From NCBI RefSeq assembly GCF_018350175.1, contig NC_058377.1, forward strand, positions 105,214,001-105,278,000: a stretch of 64,000 bases of DNA, given 5' to 3'. Origin of the DNA: Felis catus. Its lineage: Eukaryota. The notes beneath the pieces were generated by a model. The model ran no database searches and had not been told where the DNA came from. It worked only from the letters and a program-made list of their open reading frames with translations. The translations under genes and the position numbers were made by a program. The number at the start of each line of letters is the position of its first letter. Within the stretch, counting starts at the first letter, position 1. Below, piece by piece: positions 39,888 through 51,100 of this stretch.

Positions 39888-42635
39888 GTGGTCAGTCGAG
39901 GTCCAATCAGGAGACAGAAACCACATGGTCATTTAAACACGACAAGTTGACTGTAAAGAATCATTAACGACAAAAGATGTAGAGAGAATTCTAAAAGGGT
40001 ACCTGAGGGCTGAAGGAAAGTACCCAAGGGAGGACAAGCTTGGCAGAGTCCCCGGCCCCCAAGGCCGGGGGTTAGACCTCACCACAGCCCACCGGGTGTA
40101 GACAAGTTCACTGGTTTGCCCAGGCCAGAGCTGCTTCGCAGTTGTTAGGCAAGAAACAAGCCTGCCAGGACACAGGGAAGCTGAGGCTGGTGAGCAGGTG
40201 CACGGGGGGTAAGGACACCACCTGCAGGCACCAGGCCCAGAGCACACAGTGTCCGCAGGTGGGTCAAAGCTGTTGGGAAGGTGACCAAAGGAGTTAAGAG
40301 TGTCCTATGTGTGCGAGGCCCAAAGTGCATGACTTCCACATGGCGGGGGGTGGGTGGGGGGGGTGGGGGGGGATGGGAATCAGTGGGGAGAAGAGCCAAG
40401 GTTGGTGAGCAAATGTACAGAGAGAGTTGGGGCACTGCTGTGGGTACACAGTGTCCACGCCTGGGGAAAATCGTCCCAGGCGTAGGTAAGAGGCTGAGGG
40501 GCGCAGATGCATAGAATTAGGGAGGTGCCCCAGGGCAAGCCCTGGAGCATGCAGTATCCTTGACAGGAGGGCCGCAGCAAAGTAGTCACTGGGTCTGGAC
40601 CAGGTCTGCAAGGTTGCTGAGGGAGTGCCTGCTTCACCTGATGCCCCCCTGTGCACCTGCAGTGCTGACAGGCCAGGGCAGGAGCAAGGAAAAGCAAACC
40701 AGAGCTCACTGGAGCCTAGAAAGACCCGTCCTTTCCTTCCTTCAGTGTCCCTCCGGCGCCCTCTACTGACAAAGCTAACATCATGCTCTTGCTCGCTGTA
40801 AAGGAGGAACCACTGCCAGTCCACTAACATACTGAAGGGTGAATGTGGAGCTAAGAGGCAAAAAGCAGATAATAGAGTCCGTCTTTCTGGCTACTCAGAT
40901 TGCATATGCACCCTTCTGCACCTGTTTGAACTTCCCCATCAGTTCTGTTCCCACCAACAAGATAGATCTATCCTTCCAAGTGATGTTCTCCCCCTTCCCC
41001 CCAAATGAGAAGACACAGTCCCTCCCAACAGTCACTGTATCCAGAGCTGGCTATAGTAATCACCCTACGGTTTTGGTCATGGTTGCACTAAATATTCTCT
41101 TACCTAAAGATTAGATCACAAAGCTGACCTACAGGTTGTACATAAAATGGGAAGTGAAAGGGGGAAAATGGTCAGTAGATGCAAATGAACACACACAAGA
41201 ACCAAAGAAACCCACGCGAGACCACTACGGTCCTCGTTTTTGTAATCGGTCTCTTTGTAACTGGTCACGAGGTCGGAGCTGATATCCATGGCAGCCTTCT
41301 TCAGCTACCCCCTCCATGTTTCCCTTTTCCTCGGCTGAGAGTCTGCCGCCCGGGGCTCTTTAACCCAGTAGAGTGAGACAAACGCTCATTCTGAGCGATG
41401 CTCGTCTTTAACTGCCCAGCTTTGCGTGGAGCATGGATGTATCGGGAGGCGCCCCAGAGGCTCCTCTAGGCTCCAGACAGAGTCTTCGTCGCCTCCATTG
41501 TGTAGCAGAGGTGGAATTTTCCCTTGAGAACCAGGATCAGTTACTCCGGCCAGTAGATTGGACCCCTTCCCTTTTCCTTGCCCATTGGTTTAGTGGCATA
41601 AGGAGCCCAGAATGGCCACGTGGCAGTCCCATCTTCCAATTCAGTGGTTCCATTCTCGTGTCCCCTTGTGGACCATTCCTCACTTGGGAACTAACGTCTC
41701 CAAATCAGCAGGCTCTAACTTTTCAGGATAAGAGGCAAAAACTCTACGGGTGGGGAAGGTATAATAGAAGAGTCATTCCTACTCCCGTCCCGTCGTTCCT
41801 GGCCCCATGTTTGCTGGCCAGGGGGCTGACAGCACCATCAAATGGCCTCTGATTCAAAGACCTACTTCATTCTGTAAATCAACCCTCATCCTTTCATGGT
41901 GTTGTCTCCCAACTGGTGCCGTAACTGGGTCTTCAGTAAGCTGTTCCGCTTTGCAGTTAAGCCCCCTGGTTCCAGGTAGTGATGCACGTGTGGGAAGACT
42001 TGTTAATTCCAAGGGCAGAAGCCCCTGGCCACACTTCCTCTGCTGCGAAATGGGTATCTTGATCAGTCGCAGTGCTGTACGGAGTACATGGTGTATGTAC
42101 ATGACATCTCTGTCGGGAGGGTCCTGGGAAACAAGGCTCCAGGGTGTGGGTGAGCCAAGGCTGGTGGGCGGGTGTGCAGAGCAGTCGAGGCACTCCTGCA
42201 CGGGGCTGGTCTAGAGCCTGCGGTGTCCGTATCGGGAAAGTTCTGGGAAACTCCCTCTGGGGTGCAGCAAGCTGAGGCTGGTGGGCAGGAGTACAGAGGG
42301 ATCCGGCTGGTGTGAGGCTGCGGCAAGGGGATCCCAAGCCTGGGGCGGAGGCTAAAAGACGGCTGCGGGCCCCTCCCCTCTTAGCACACAGATGTCCCCC
42401 CCCCCCCCATACACACGTCTGGCGTGACAGACTGTGCAGCGAGAGCAAGAACAATAAAAACGCAGCACACTGGAACCAGGACGAAAGCCCCCTTCTTCCT
42501 GCAACGTCCCTCTAGCGTCCTCTTATCATCATGTTCGCCGTAAGGGCGAAATGCTTAGAGTCCAGTCCACTGTCACAGAACAGGTACTGACAGGTGAACC
42601 TGGGGCTGAGGGACAATATAGTGATAACTGCCACA
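39888..42635 (-). mobile_element. Degenerate ERVL provirus: two related LTRs (~39888-40878, ~42100-42635) and an internal segment with a dUTPase remnant
   Basis: Duplicated LTR end (40730-40875 vs 42490-42634). Minus strand 41428-41675 translates PQGDTRMEPLNWKMGLPRGHSGLLMPLNQ/LLAGVTDPGSQGKIPPLLHNGGDEDSVWSLEEPLGRL, resembling ERVL dUTPase. Confidence 0.8.
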
Positions 42636-45600
42636 CTGAGAAACCACTACATATTTAGAAAGTAAATAATAGCACTTGTAAACAATCCACAGATCAAAGA
42701 AGACATCAGAAGGGAAGTTAGAAAGTCCTTTGAACGGAATACTAATGAAACGTAAACATTTTTAAATGCCTGTGACGCAGCTTTTATAGAAAAAAAAGAT
42801 CTGGGGGCCCCTGGGTGGCTCATTCAGTTGGGCGTCCGGCTCTTGATTTCAGCTCAGGTCATGATCTCACGGTTCGTGGGGTCGAGCCCCCCCATCGAGC
42901 CCTTTGATGACCGTCGCTTGGAGCCTGCTTGGGATTCTCTGTCTCCCTCTCCCTCTGCCCCTCCCCACCCCTTCTCAAAAATAAATAAATATTGTTAAAA
43001 AAAAATAAAGATTTTTCTCTCTCTCTCTCCCTCTCCCCCACTCATGCTGTCTCCCTAAAAATAGAAAAAAAGATCTACAATCCATGGTCTAACTTTTTAT
43101 CTTAAACCAGAAAAAAGAGCAAAGTACAAAGAGGAATAAAACACCAGAACTAAAGAGAACATGGGCAAAGAATAAAAATATATATAAAGTCAAAGTTAAT
43201 TCTTTGAAAAGTTAATTGATAAATCTTTACCCAGACAGATCGAGAAAAAGAGAAGACACATATTAAAAATGAAAGACAGAATGTTCCTATAGATACTATG
43301 CATATTAAAAGGATCATAAGGGGGGCACCTGGGTGGCGCAGTCGGTTAAGCGTCCGACTTCAGCCAGGTCACGATCTCGCGCTCCGTGAGTTCGAGCCCC
43401 GCATCGGGCTCTGGGCTGATGGCTCAGAGCCTGGAGCCTGTTTCCGATTCTGTGTCTCCCTCTCTCTCTGCCCCTCCCCCGTTCATGCTCTGTCTCTCTC
43501 TGTCCCAAAAATAAATAAAAAACGTTGAAAATAAATAAATAAATGGATCATAAGGTTGTTATGTATAGACAATTTTATGCAATACATTTGACAAGTGTTA
43601 TGAAGTGAACGAATTCATTAAAAGACACAAATCACCAAAACTGGCCGAAGAAAAAAGAGAAATTAAATNNNNNNNNNNNNNNNNNNNNNNNNNNNNNNNN
43701 NNNNNNNNNNNNNNNNNNNNNNNNNNNNNNNNNNNNNNNNNNNNNNNNNNNNNNNNNNNNNNNNNNNNNNNNNNNNNNNNNNNNNNNNNNNNNNNNNNNN
43801 NNACGTGGGTGGCTCAGTCAGTTAAGTGTCTGACTCCTGATATGGGCTCAGGTCATGATCTCAGTTTCATGAGTTTGAGCCCCGGGTCGTGCTCTGTGCT
43901 GACAGCATGGAGCCTGCTTGGGACTCTCTCTCTCCTTCTCTCTGCACCACCCCCTCCCCCCTTGCTCATGTTCTCTCTTTCTCAAAAATAAATAAACTTA
44001 AAAAAGAAAATAGAAGAGGAGAAACATTTCCCAATTCAAATGATTCTATGATACCCTGATAGCAAGACTGACGAACACTTCACATGGAAATAAAACTAAA
44101 GATCAATATCCTTCAAGAACATAGATGCATGGGGCACCTGGGTGGCTTAGTCAGTTGAGAGTCCAACTTTGGCTCAGGTCATCTCACAGTTCATGAGTTC
44201 CAGCCCCACATCAGGCTCACTGCTGTCAGCCTGTGAGTGCAGAGCCCGCTTCAGATCCTCTGTCTCCCTCTCTCTGCCCCTCCCCTGCTTGTGCTCTCTC
44301 AAAACTAAATATTAAAAAAGTAAAAAAGAACATAGATGCAAACATTTTTTTTAATTTTAGCAAATTGAACCTGGCAATATAAAAAGAATAACAACACACC
44401 ATAAACAAGTGGAGTTTATCCCAGGAATATAAAGTTGGTCTAACATCTAAAAATCAATGAGTGCCATTCCCCAAATCAATAGAATAATGGAAAAAAGGCA
44501 TTTGATCATTAAACAGATGTAGCTGTGACAAAATTCAATACCCATTCATGATGAAAATACTCTGTAAACTAAGAAGAGGAGAGAAATCCATTTACCTGGT
44601 AAATGGCATTTCTGAAATGCCTGTAATTAACCTACTGTGGTGGAAGACTGAATGTTTTCTAAAACCAGGGAAAAAGCACATTTCATCTACTTATACTACA
44701 TCTATTCAACATTGTACTAGATGGCCCAGCCTGAGCAGTAGGAGAAAGGAAAATAAATAAAAGGCATGTATATTTTTTTAAAGTATGCTCTAGATGCAAC
44801 ACGGGGCTCGACCTCATGACCCTGAGATCAAGAGTCACACACTCCACTGACTGAACCACCCAGGCACCCCAAAAGCCCTACGTATTGAAAAGAAAGAAGT
44901 AAAACTGTCCTTATTTGAAAATGACCACAGTGAACATAAAAATTCCTAAAGAAAAAGCAAAAAGGCATGACAACTAGTAAGTTAGTTTGATTTAGCAGGG
45001 CATAGGATTCAAAGATGCAGCCAAATTAGCATGTAGAGGGGAATTTATAGCCTTAAAACAAACAGAGAAGAAAGACTGAAAAGGTAAGCTTTAAGTTTCC
45101 ATCTCAAAAAGAACACCGAGTCCTATAAGGAAGGAAATGAGGAAGAGCAGAAATCTATAAAATAGAAAACAAATATAAAGGGAAGAAAACCAAACCCAGA
45201 AGTTGGTTCTTTGGAAAGATTAATAACATTGATAAACACCTATCAAAAATAAGAAATAAAGTTATCAGGAAGAAAAAAGACATCATTACAGATCCCATAG
45301 GCATTACAAAATACGAGGCTGATGGAGTTCCTGACTGGCTTGGTTGGTAGAGATGTGACTCTTAATCTCAGGGTCGTGAGTTCAAGCCCCATGTTGGGTG
45401 TAAAACTTACTTTAAAAAAATGTATGTATAGGGGCGCCTGGGTGGCTCAGTCAGTTGACTGTCCGACTTCAGCCAGGTCACGATCTCGCGGTCCGGGAGT
45501 TCGAGCCCCGCATCGGGCTCTGGGCTGACTGCTCAGAGCCTGGAGCCTGCTTCTGATTCTGTGTCTCCCTCTCTCTCTGCCCCTCCCCCGTTCATGCTCT

Positions 45601-46104
45601 GTCTCTCTCTGTCTCAAAAATAAATAAAACGTTAAAAAAAATTTTTTTTAAAAATGTATGTATATATACACATACACACACACATATATATGGATGTTAT
45701 GAAAAACTTCACACCAACACATTTGAAAATTTATAAAAAATGGGAACATCTTTGAAAAACACAAATTTACCCAAACATTACTCAAAAAGTAGAAAATATA
45801 AATGATCCTATACATATTAGAGAAATTTCATTATTATAAAATTTCTGACAAAAACAGTTCCAGGTTTAGATGGCTTCATCAGTGAATTATTCTTCTAAAG
45901 AAATAAACCTCCGTTACACAATCTCTTTCATGTAACAGAAAAAGAAGGAACACTTCTCATTTCATTTTATGTGGCCAACTCAACCTTAATACCTAGGTCC
46001 TTACAAGAGAGTAAAATCACAGATCAATCTCTCATAACATATGTAAAAACTTGAGCAAAATATTAGCAAATGAAGTCCAATGATGTATAAAAACGGTAAC
46101 ATAT

Positions 46105-46880
46105 CTACCAAGCATCCCCAAGACCACCCCCCAGATTCAATGATTTGCTGGGAGGACTCACAGGACTCAGCATACAGTCCTGGCCATGGCTTTGATTTAC
46201 TACAATGAAATGATACAAAGCACAGTCACAAAAAGAAAAGGTGAAGTCTAGAGGAAACCAGGAGCAAGCTTCCAAGAATCCTCTCCCAGTGGAATCACAT
46301 AAGATGTGCTTAATTCCTCCAGCAAGTTCTGACGACACGTAGGAAGTGTTGTCTACCAGGGAGGCTCATTAAAGACTTGGGTGTCCAAGGGGGCACCTGG
46401 GTGGCTCAGTCGGTTAAGCAACTGACTTCGGTTCAGGTCGTGATCTCACGGTTCGTGGTTCAAGCCCCGCATTGGGATCCGTGCTGACAGCCTGGAGCCT
46501 GCTTCAGATTTTGTGTCTCCCTCTCTCTCTCTGCCCCTCCCCTGCTCGTTCACTATCTCTCTCTGTCTCTCACAAATAAATAAACGTTAAAAATAAATAA
46601 ATAAAGACTTGGGCGTCCAAGGATTTTACCGGGGGCTGGCTACATAAACAACTTCTGCTTAATACGCACCTACTAAAACTCCAGACTCCTGAAAGGAGAC
46701 AGGTGTTCAGCAGAAACCACATAGTTTGCATGAACAGTTTAGGCACAGTGAGCCACTTTGGATTGGTGGAAATGTTTTTGAAATCCGAGTTTCCAGACAG
46801 TGGTCAAAGGCGAAGCTTTGCAAGTAGGACTTCCTAAGGATAGCAGTCCCAGGTCTGCTCTGTCAACTGTTTTCTGCATG
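46105..46880. mobile_element. MER21/MER77-family solo LTR with an inserted SINE
   Basis: ccccaagaccacccc...ggaggactcacaggactcagcata...gatagcagtcccaggtctgctctgtcaactgttttctgca; SINE TSD taaagacttggg. Confidence 0.75.
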
Positions 46881-47062
46881 GTATCATCACCAAATGGGTT
46901 TCTTTCCAGGAAGGCAAGGCTAATTAAACCTTTGGAAATCAATGTAATTCATTCCATTAGCAGAATAAAAGGGTAGCATATGATAATCTCAATAGATGCA
47001 GAGAAAGCAGTCAATAAAATATATCATCAGCCTGTCAGCAAACTAGGAAGAGAAGGGACTTA

Positions 47063-48505
47063 AAAAAATTTTTTTTAATGTTTATTTATTTTTTTGAGAG
47101 AGAGAGATAGAATGTGAGTGGGGAAAGGACAGAGTGGGAGGGAGACACAGAATCCAAAGCTGGCTCCAGGCTCTGAGCTGTCAGCACAGAGCCCCACGCG
47201 GGGTTTGAACTCACCGACCATGAGATCATGACCTCAGTCGAAGTCGGATGCTTAACCAACTGAGCCACTCAGCCACGAGAAGGGACTTTCTTAATGTGAC
47301 AGAGTATCTACCAAAAAAGAAAAAAAAAGTCTATATTTAACATATTGATGGTGAAATTTTTTTCTTGTGATGAGAACTTTTAAGATTTTCTTCACAACTT
47401 TCAAATTTGCAATACAATATTATTGACTATACGTTAGCATGATGTACATTACATCCCCATGACTACTTTGTTTTATAACTGGAAGTTTGTATCTCTCAAT
47501 CCCCTTAACCCATTTTGCCCACCACTCACCCTCATATCCTCCCGTCTGGCAACCATCAAATTATTCTTTGTATCTATGAGTTTTGTTTGTTCATTTTTTT
47601 TTAAAGTTTATTTTGAGAAAGAGAGAGAGAGAGCAGGGGAGGGGTAGAGAGAGACGGAGGAAGAATCCAAAGCAGGCTGTGTGCTGTCAGCGCAGAGCCT
47701 GATGCTGGGCTCGAACTCACGAACCGTGAGGTCATGACCTGAGCTGAAGTCAAGAGTCTTCAAGAGTTGCTCACCTGAGCCACCTAGGTACCCCTGTTTT
47801 GCTTCCTTTTAGATTCCACCTGTAAGTGGAATCATCCAGGAATTGTCTTTCTCTGACTTATTTCATTTGGCATAATACCCTTAAGCTCTACCCATGTTGT
47901 TGCAAATGGCAAGATTTCTTTTATGGCCGAGTAGGAGTCCATTGAATATACAGAAAGAGCACATCTGCTTTCTCCACTCATCCGTTGACGGACGCTTACT
48001 CTTTCTAAATTTAGCTATTGCGAATAATGTTGCAGTGAACACAGCGATGTATCTGTCTTTTCAAATTAGTGTTTTTGTTTTCTTGGGACGAATACCCAGT
48101 AGTGGAGTTACTGGGCCATGGGTATTTCCATGTTTTATTTTTTGAGGAACCTCCATGTTTTCTAGAAGGGCCGCGTTAATATACATTCCCACCAACAAGT
48201 GCACGAGGGTTCCCTTTCCTCCACATCTTGTCAACATTTGTTATTTCTTGTCCTTTAGATACCAGCCATTCGGATAGGTGTGAGGTGACATCTCATTGTG
48301 GTTTTGACTTACATCTCCCCGATGACTTGTGACGTTGAGCATCCTTCCATGTGCCTGCGGGCCATCGGTAGGTCTTGTTTGGAAAAATCCTGTTCAGGTC
48401 CTCTGCCCGTTTTTTTTCATTAGATTTTTGTCTGTTTTGTTATTGAGCTGTATAAATTCTCTATAGATTTTGGATCTTAATCCCTTACTGGATACATAAC
48501 TACAT
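47063..48505 (-). mobile_element. Antisense L1 3' end (47357-48505) with Can-SINEs (47063-47275, 47595-47793)
   Basis: gatgagaacttttaagat...ttagattccac...acattcccaccaaca...tgtgaggtgacatctcattgtggttttga. Confidence 0.85.
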
Positions 48506-49802
48506 TGTAATTGCTCCCTCCTCCAGGCGCCCTGGCTTATTAGCTGCTTGCTCAGAAACGTGCTAAGTCCTTGCCCGGGGCTTCTCGGCTGTGGCATCTA
48601 TTGTGTGCACCTCTATCTGGGCTCACAGGACTCGAGTGCCGGGAACCCAGGTATGTTCCCGCTGCTCGCTGTGCTGTGAGCAATGCAGTCTTATCCCCTA
48701 CTCTGGGCACCTACAGAGTCGTGGCAATTTTACTCCTCGCCATCCTCTATGACAGAGGTGACCACGTTTTTCTTAAAGGGCCAGCTGCAGTATTCCAGGC
48801 TGCAGGCCACGTTTTCTCTGTTGGCAACCACTCAGCTTAACCACGGTAGCCTGCCGGAAGCTGTTTACAGTATGCAAAGGAGTGGGTGTCGTTGTGTTTC
48901 CCCCCTCAGAATTTTAAGCACAAGAACCAGCAGCTGGCCCACCTTCCTTCTCAGGTGGGACATGTGAGGCTCAGAGGAACCTGCCTAATGGCTCTTATCC
49001 AGCAGGCAGTGGAGGTAAGGAAGTGGAGGGGAAGATGGCCCTTTGTTGGTACATCCCTTTCCACCTTTCCCCACTTAAGTCTCTGCTTTTTTTCACCGGT
49101 GCTAAAGAAAACCTCCAGCTTGCGGTTAAGTTCCTAACAATGGGAGGCACGAGCCGAGACCGGAAGACAGAGGACAGGGGAGGGAAAGGTAATCGGTAAT
49201 TCAGCCACCAGCTTCTCAGACCGCCGCCCCCTGGCGGGAGGACTTCTCCCTACGTCTCTCCAGGTGCATGGAGTTGCTTCTGCTCTTTCCCCTTTAGGAC
49301 TAACAAGAGATTACCGTCCCACCTCCATTCCAACTAGGTAGGAGCACAGCACTGTCCTTAAAGGTTAATCACTCGACTCAAATGACCTGTTTCTTGCTCT
49401 GCGGGGACTGACTGCGGGTCAACAGTCAAGCCAGCTGGAGTCCTCTAAAAACCCCCTTTCTTTCCACTCCCCTGCGGGAAGTAACACACTTTACTCCACG
49501 TTGTAGTCAGGCTTCAAAACCCAGTTCACAGGCNNNNNNNNNNNNNNNNNNNNNNNNNNNNNNNNNNNNNNNNNNNNNNNNNNNNNNNNNNNNNNNNNNN
49601 NNNNNNNNNNNNNNNNNNNNNNNNNNNNNNNNNNNNNNNNNNNNNNNNNNNNNNNNNNNNNNNNNNNNNNNNNNNNNNNNNNNNNNNNNNNNNNNNNNNN
49701 NNNNNNNNNNNNNNNNNNNNNNNNNNNNNNNNNNNNNNNNNNNNNNNNNNNNNNNNNNNNNNNNNNNNNNNNNNNNNNNNNNNNNNNNNNNNNNNNNNNN
49801 NA

Positions 49803-50006
49803 TTATTGTTTTTAATGTGTGTTTATTTGTTTTAAGAGCACACCAGCCTGAGAGCGGGGGGAGGGGCAGAGAGAATCCCAAGCGGACTCCCAGTCCTCAG
49901 GGCAGAGCCTGACAAGGCGTCCATCTCACGAAGTGTGAGAGGTGAGATCATGACCTGAGCCAAAATCAAAAGCCCCAGATTAACAGACTGAGCCATCCAG
50001 GGACCC
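49803..50006 (-). mobile_element. Can-SINE
   Basis: Antisense SINE body. Confidence 0.85.
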
Positions 50007-50149
50007 TTTGGAAACTTCTTTCAGGTCCCACCCAGGAGTACTTTGTCCTCTCAACCCCCCCTCTGCACGTTCTGGGGTCACGTGGTGATCACGTTTCATC
50101 TGTGTGTCTCATCCGTGCTCCTTGGAAGGAGCCTCTAGTTCTGATTCGC

Positions 50150-51100
50150 TTTGGTGTCCGCTAACTACCTGGTTCGTAAATCCGCCACACAAAAGACCGA
50201 TGCTAAACCCAACCAGGCGTTTGCCCAGCACCGTCGCGCAAACCGTTTCTCATTAAGACCGCTATTAGAAAAAAGAATCGTGGGGCTAAGGCCTATTCAC
50301 CAATCCCGCGGTCACACCGCCACAACTGACCACTTCTGCCAATGCACTGTCACCTGGGGCTGGGGGGGGCCGAGAACTGTCCCAGCCCCGGAGCCCTGCG
50401 GCCGACGGCTTCGGGCGCAGCCGCTGACCCCCCCCCCCCCCCACCAAGCCTCAGCGAGCCGAAATCCCAGCGCAAGCCTTTTGCGCCGGCAGTCCTCCCC
50501 GCGCACGCGCAGTCTGTCCCCGGTCGGGCCCCGGCCCTGGAAACCATAGAGTGCCGGGGGTAAGCAGAGGGGCCAGAAAGCCGGGGTCGCTCCATCTCCT
50601 GCTTCCGGCTGCGCCTCGCTGCTCTGGGAGCGGCTGTAGCGGCGTACGCAGTTTCCATGGGGACTGAAGATGGCGCCGCGAGGTGAGATTCCGGAGGTGT
50701 GTGAGTCGCTGGTCCTGATGCCTTCAGTGCCCCTCTCTCCCCTGCCAGAGCTCGACCTCAGCTCTTCTTCTCGGGTGTTAGGGACATCGCTCCTCACCTG
50801 TCCAGAGTGGGGTTTCGAGCCCCACCCACGCTGAGTGCGTGAAGGTCTTGAGGTGCAGATCTCAGGAACCCCCCAGTCCTGGGCTCGGCCTGTTCTAGGC
50901 AGGATCGGTTACAGATTTGCTGTGTGACCTGGAACAGGCCATTGCTGGCCTCTGCGCACCAGTTTCTTCTCCCAAATAGTGACGGGGTTAGATCTTAGAG
51001 CGGCCTTGCCTTTCACCCCGAAGCCGGGTCGAGTTGGACGGCGATTCCCGGGGAAAGGGGGGGATTGAAGGAAGCCCCCTACACACACACACGCACGCAC
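50150..51100 (+). promoter_or_regulatory. TMEM216 CpG-island promoter
   Basis: CpG-rich; CCAAT (~50300); ETS cttccgg 50602-50608; YY1 AAGATGGCG over the start codon. Confidence 0.8.
50651..50664. promoter_or_regulatory. RFX X-box in TMEM216 exon 1
   Basis: GTTTCCATGGGGAC, a near-consensus X-box. Confidence 0.75.

Larger units (their letters stand above)
37820..47060 (+). mobile_element. Fragmented ancient L1 (5' region and ORF2 pieces) interrupted by many SINEs and LTR elements
   Basis: A-rich L1 ORF2 hallmarks (ctagaaatcagtaacaataag; tgacaaaattcaatacccattcatgatgaaaatactc; gataatctcaatagatgcagagaaagca). SINEs at ~38474-38665, 39595-39820, 42803-43060, 43321-43543, 43803-44010, 44130-44327, 44775-44870, 45322-45650, 46388-46605. 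Confidence 0.8.

Noticed and set aside
35345-48830. ggcaac half-sites as intergenic RFX boxes (35354, 35498, 47548, 48823)
   Set aside because: Half-sites only, mostly within MER58, Tigger1 or L1 sequence, and lacking the palindromic partner
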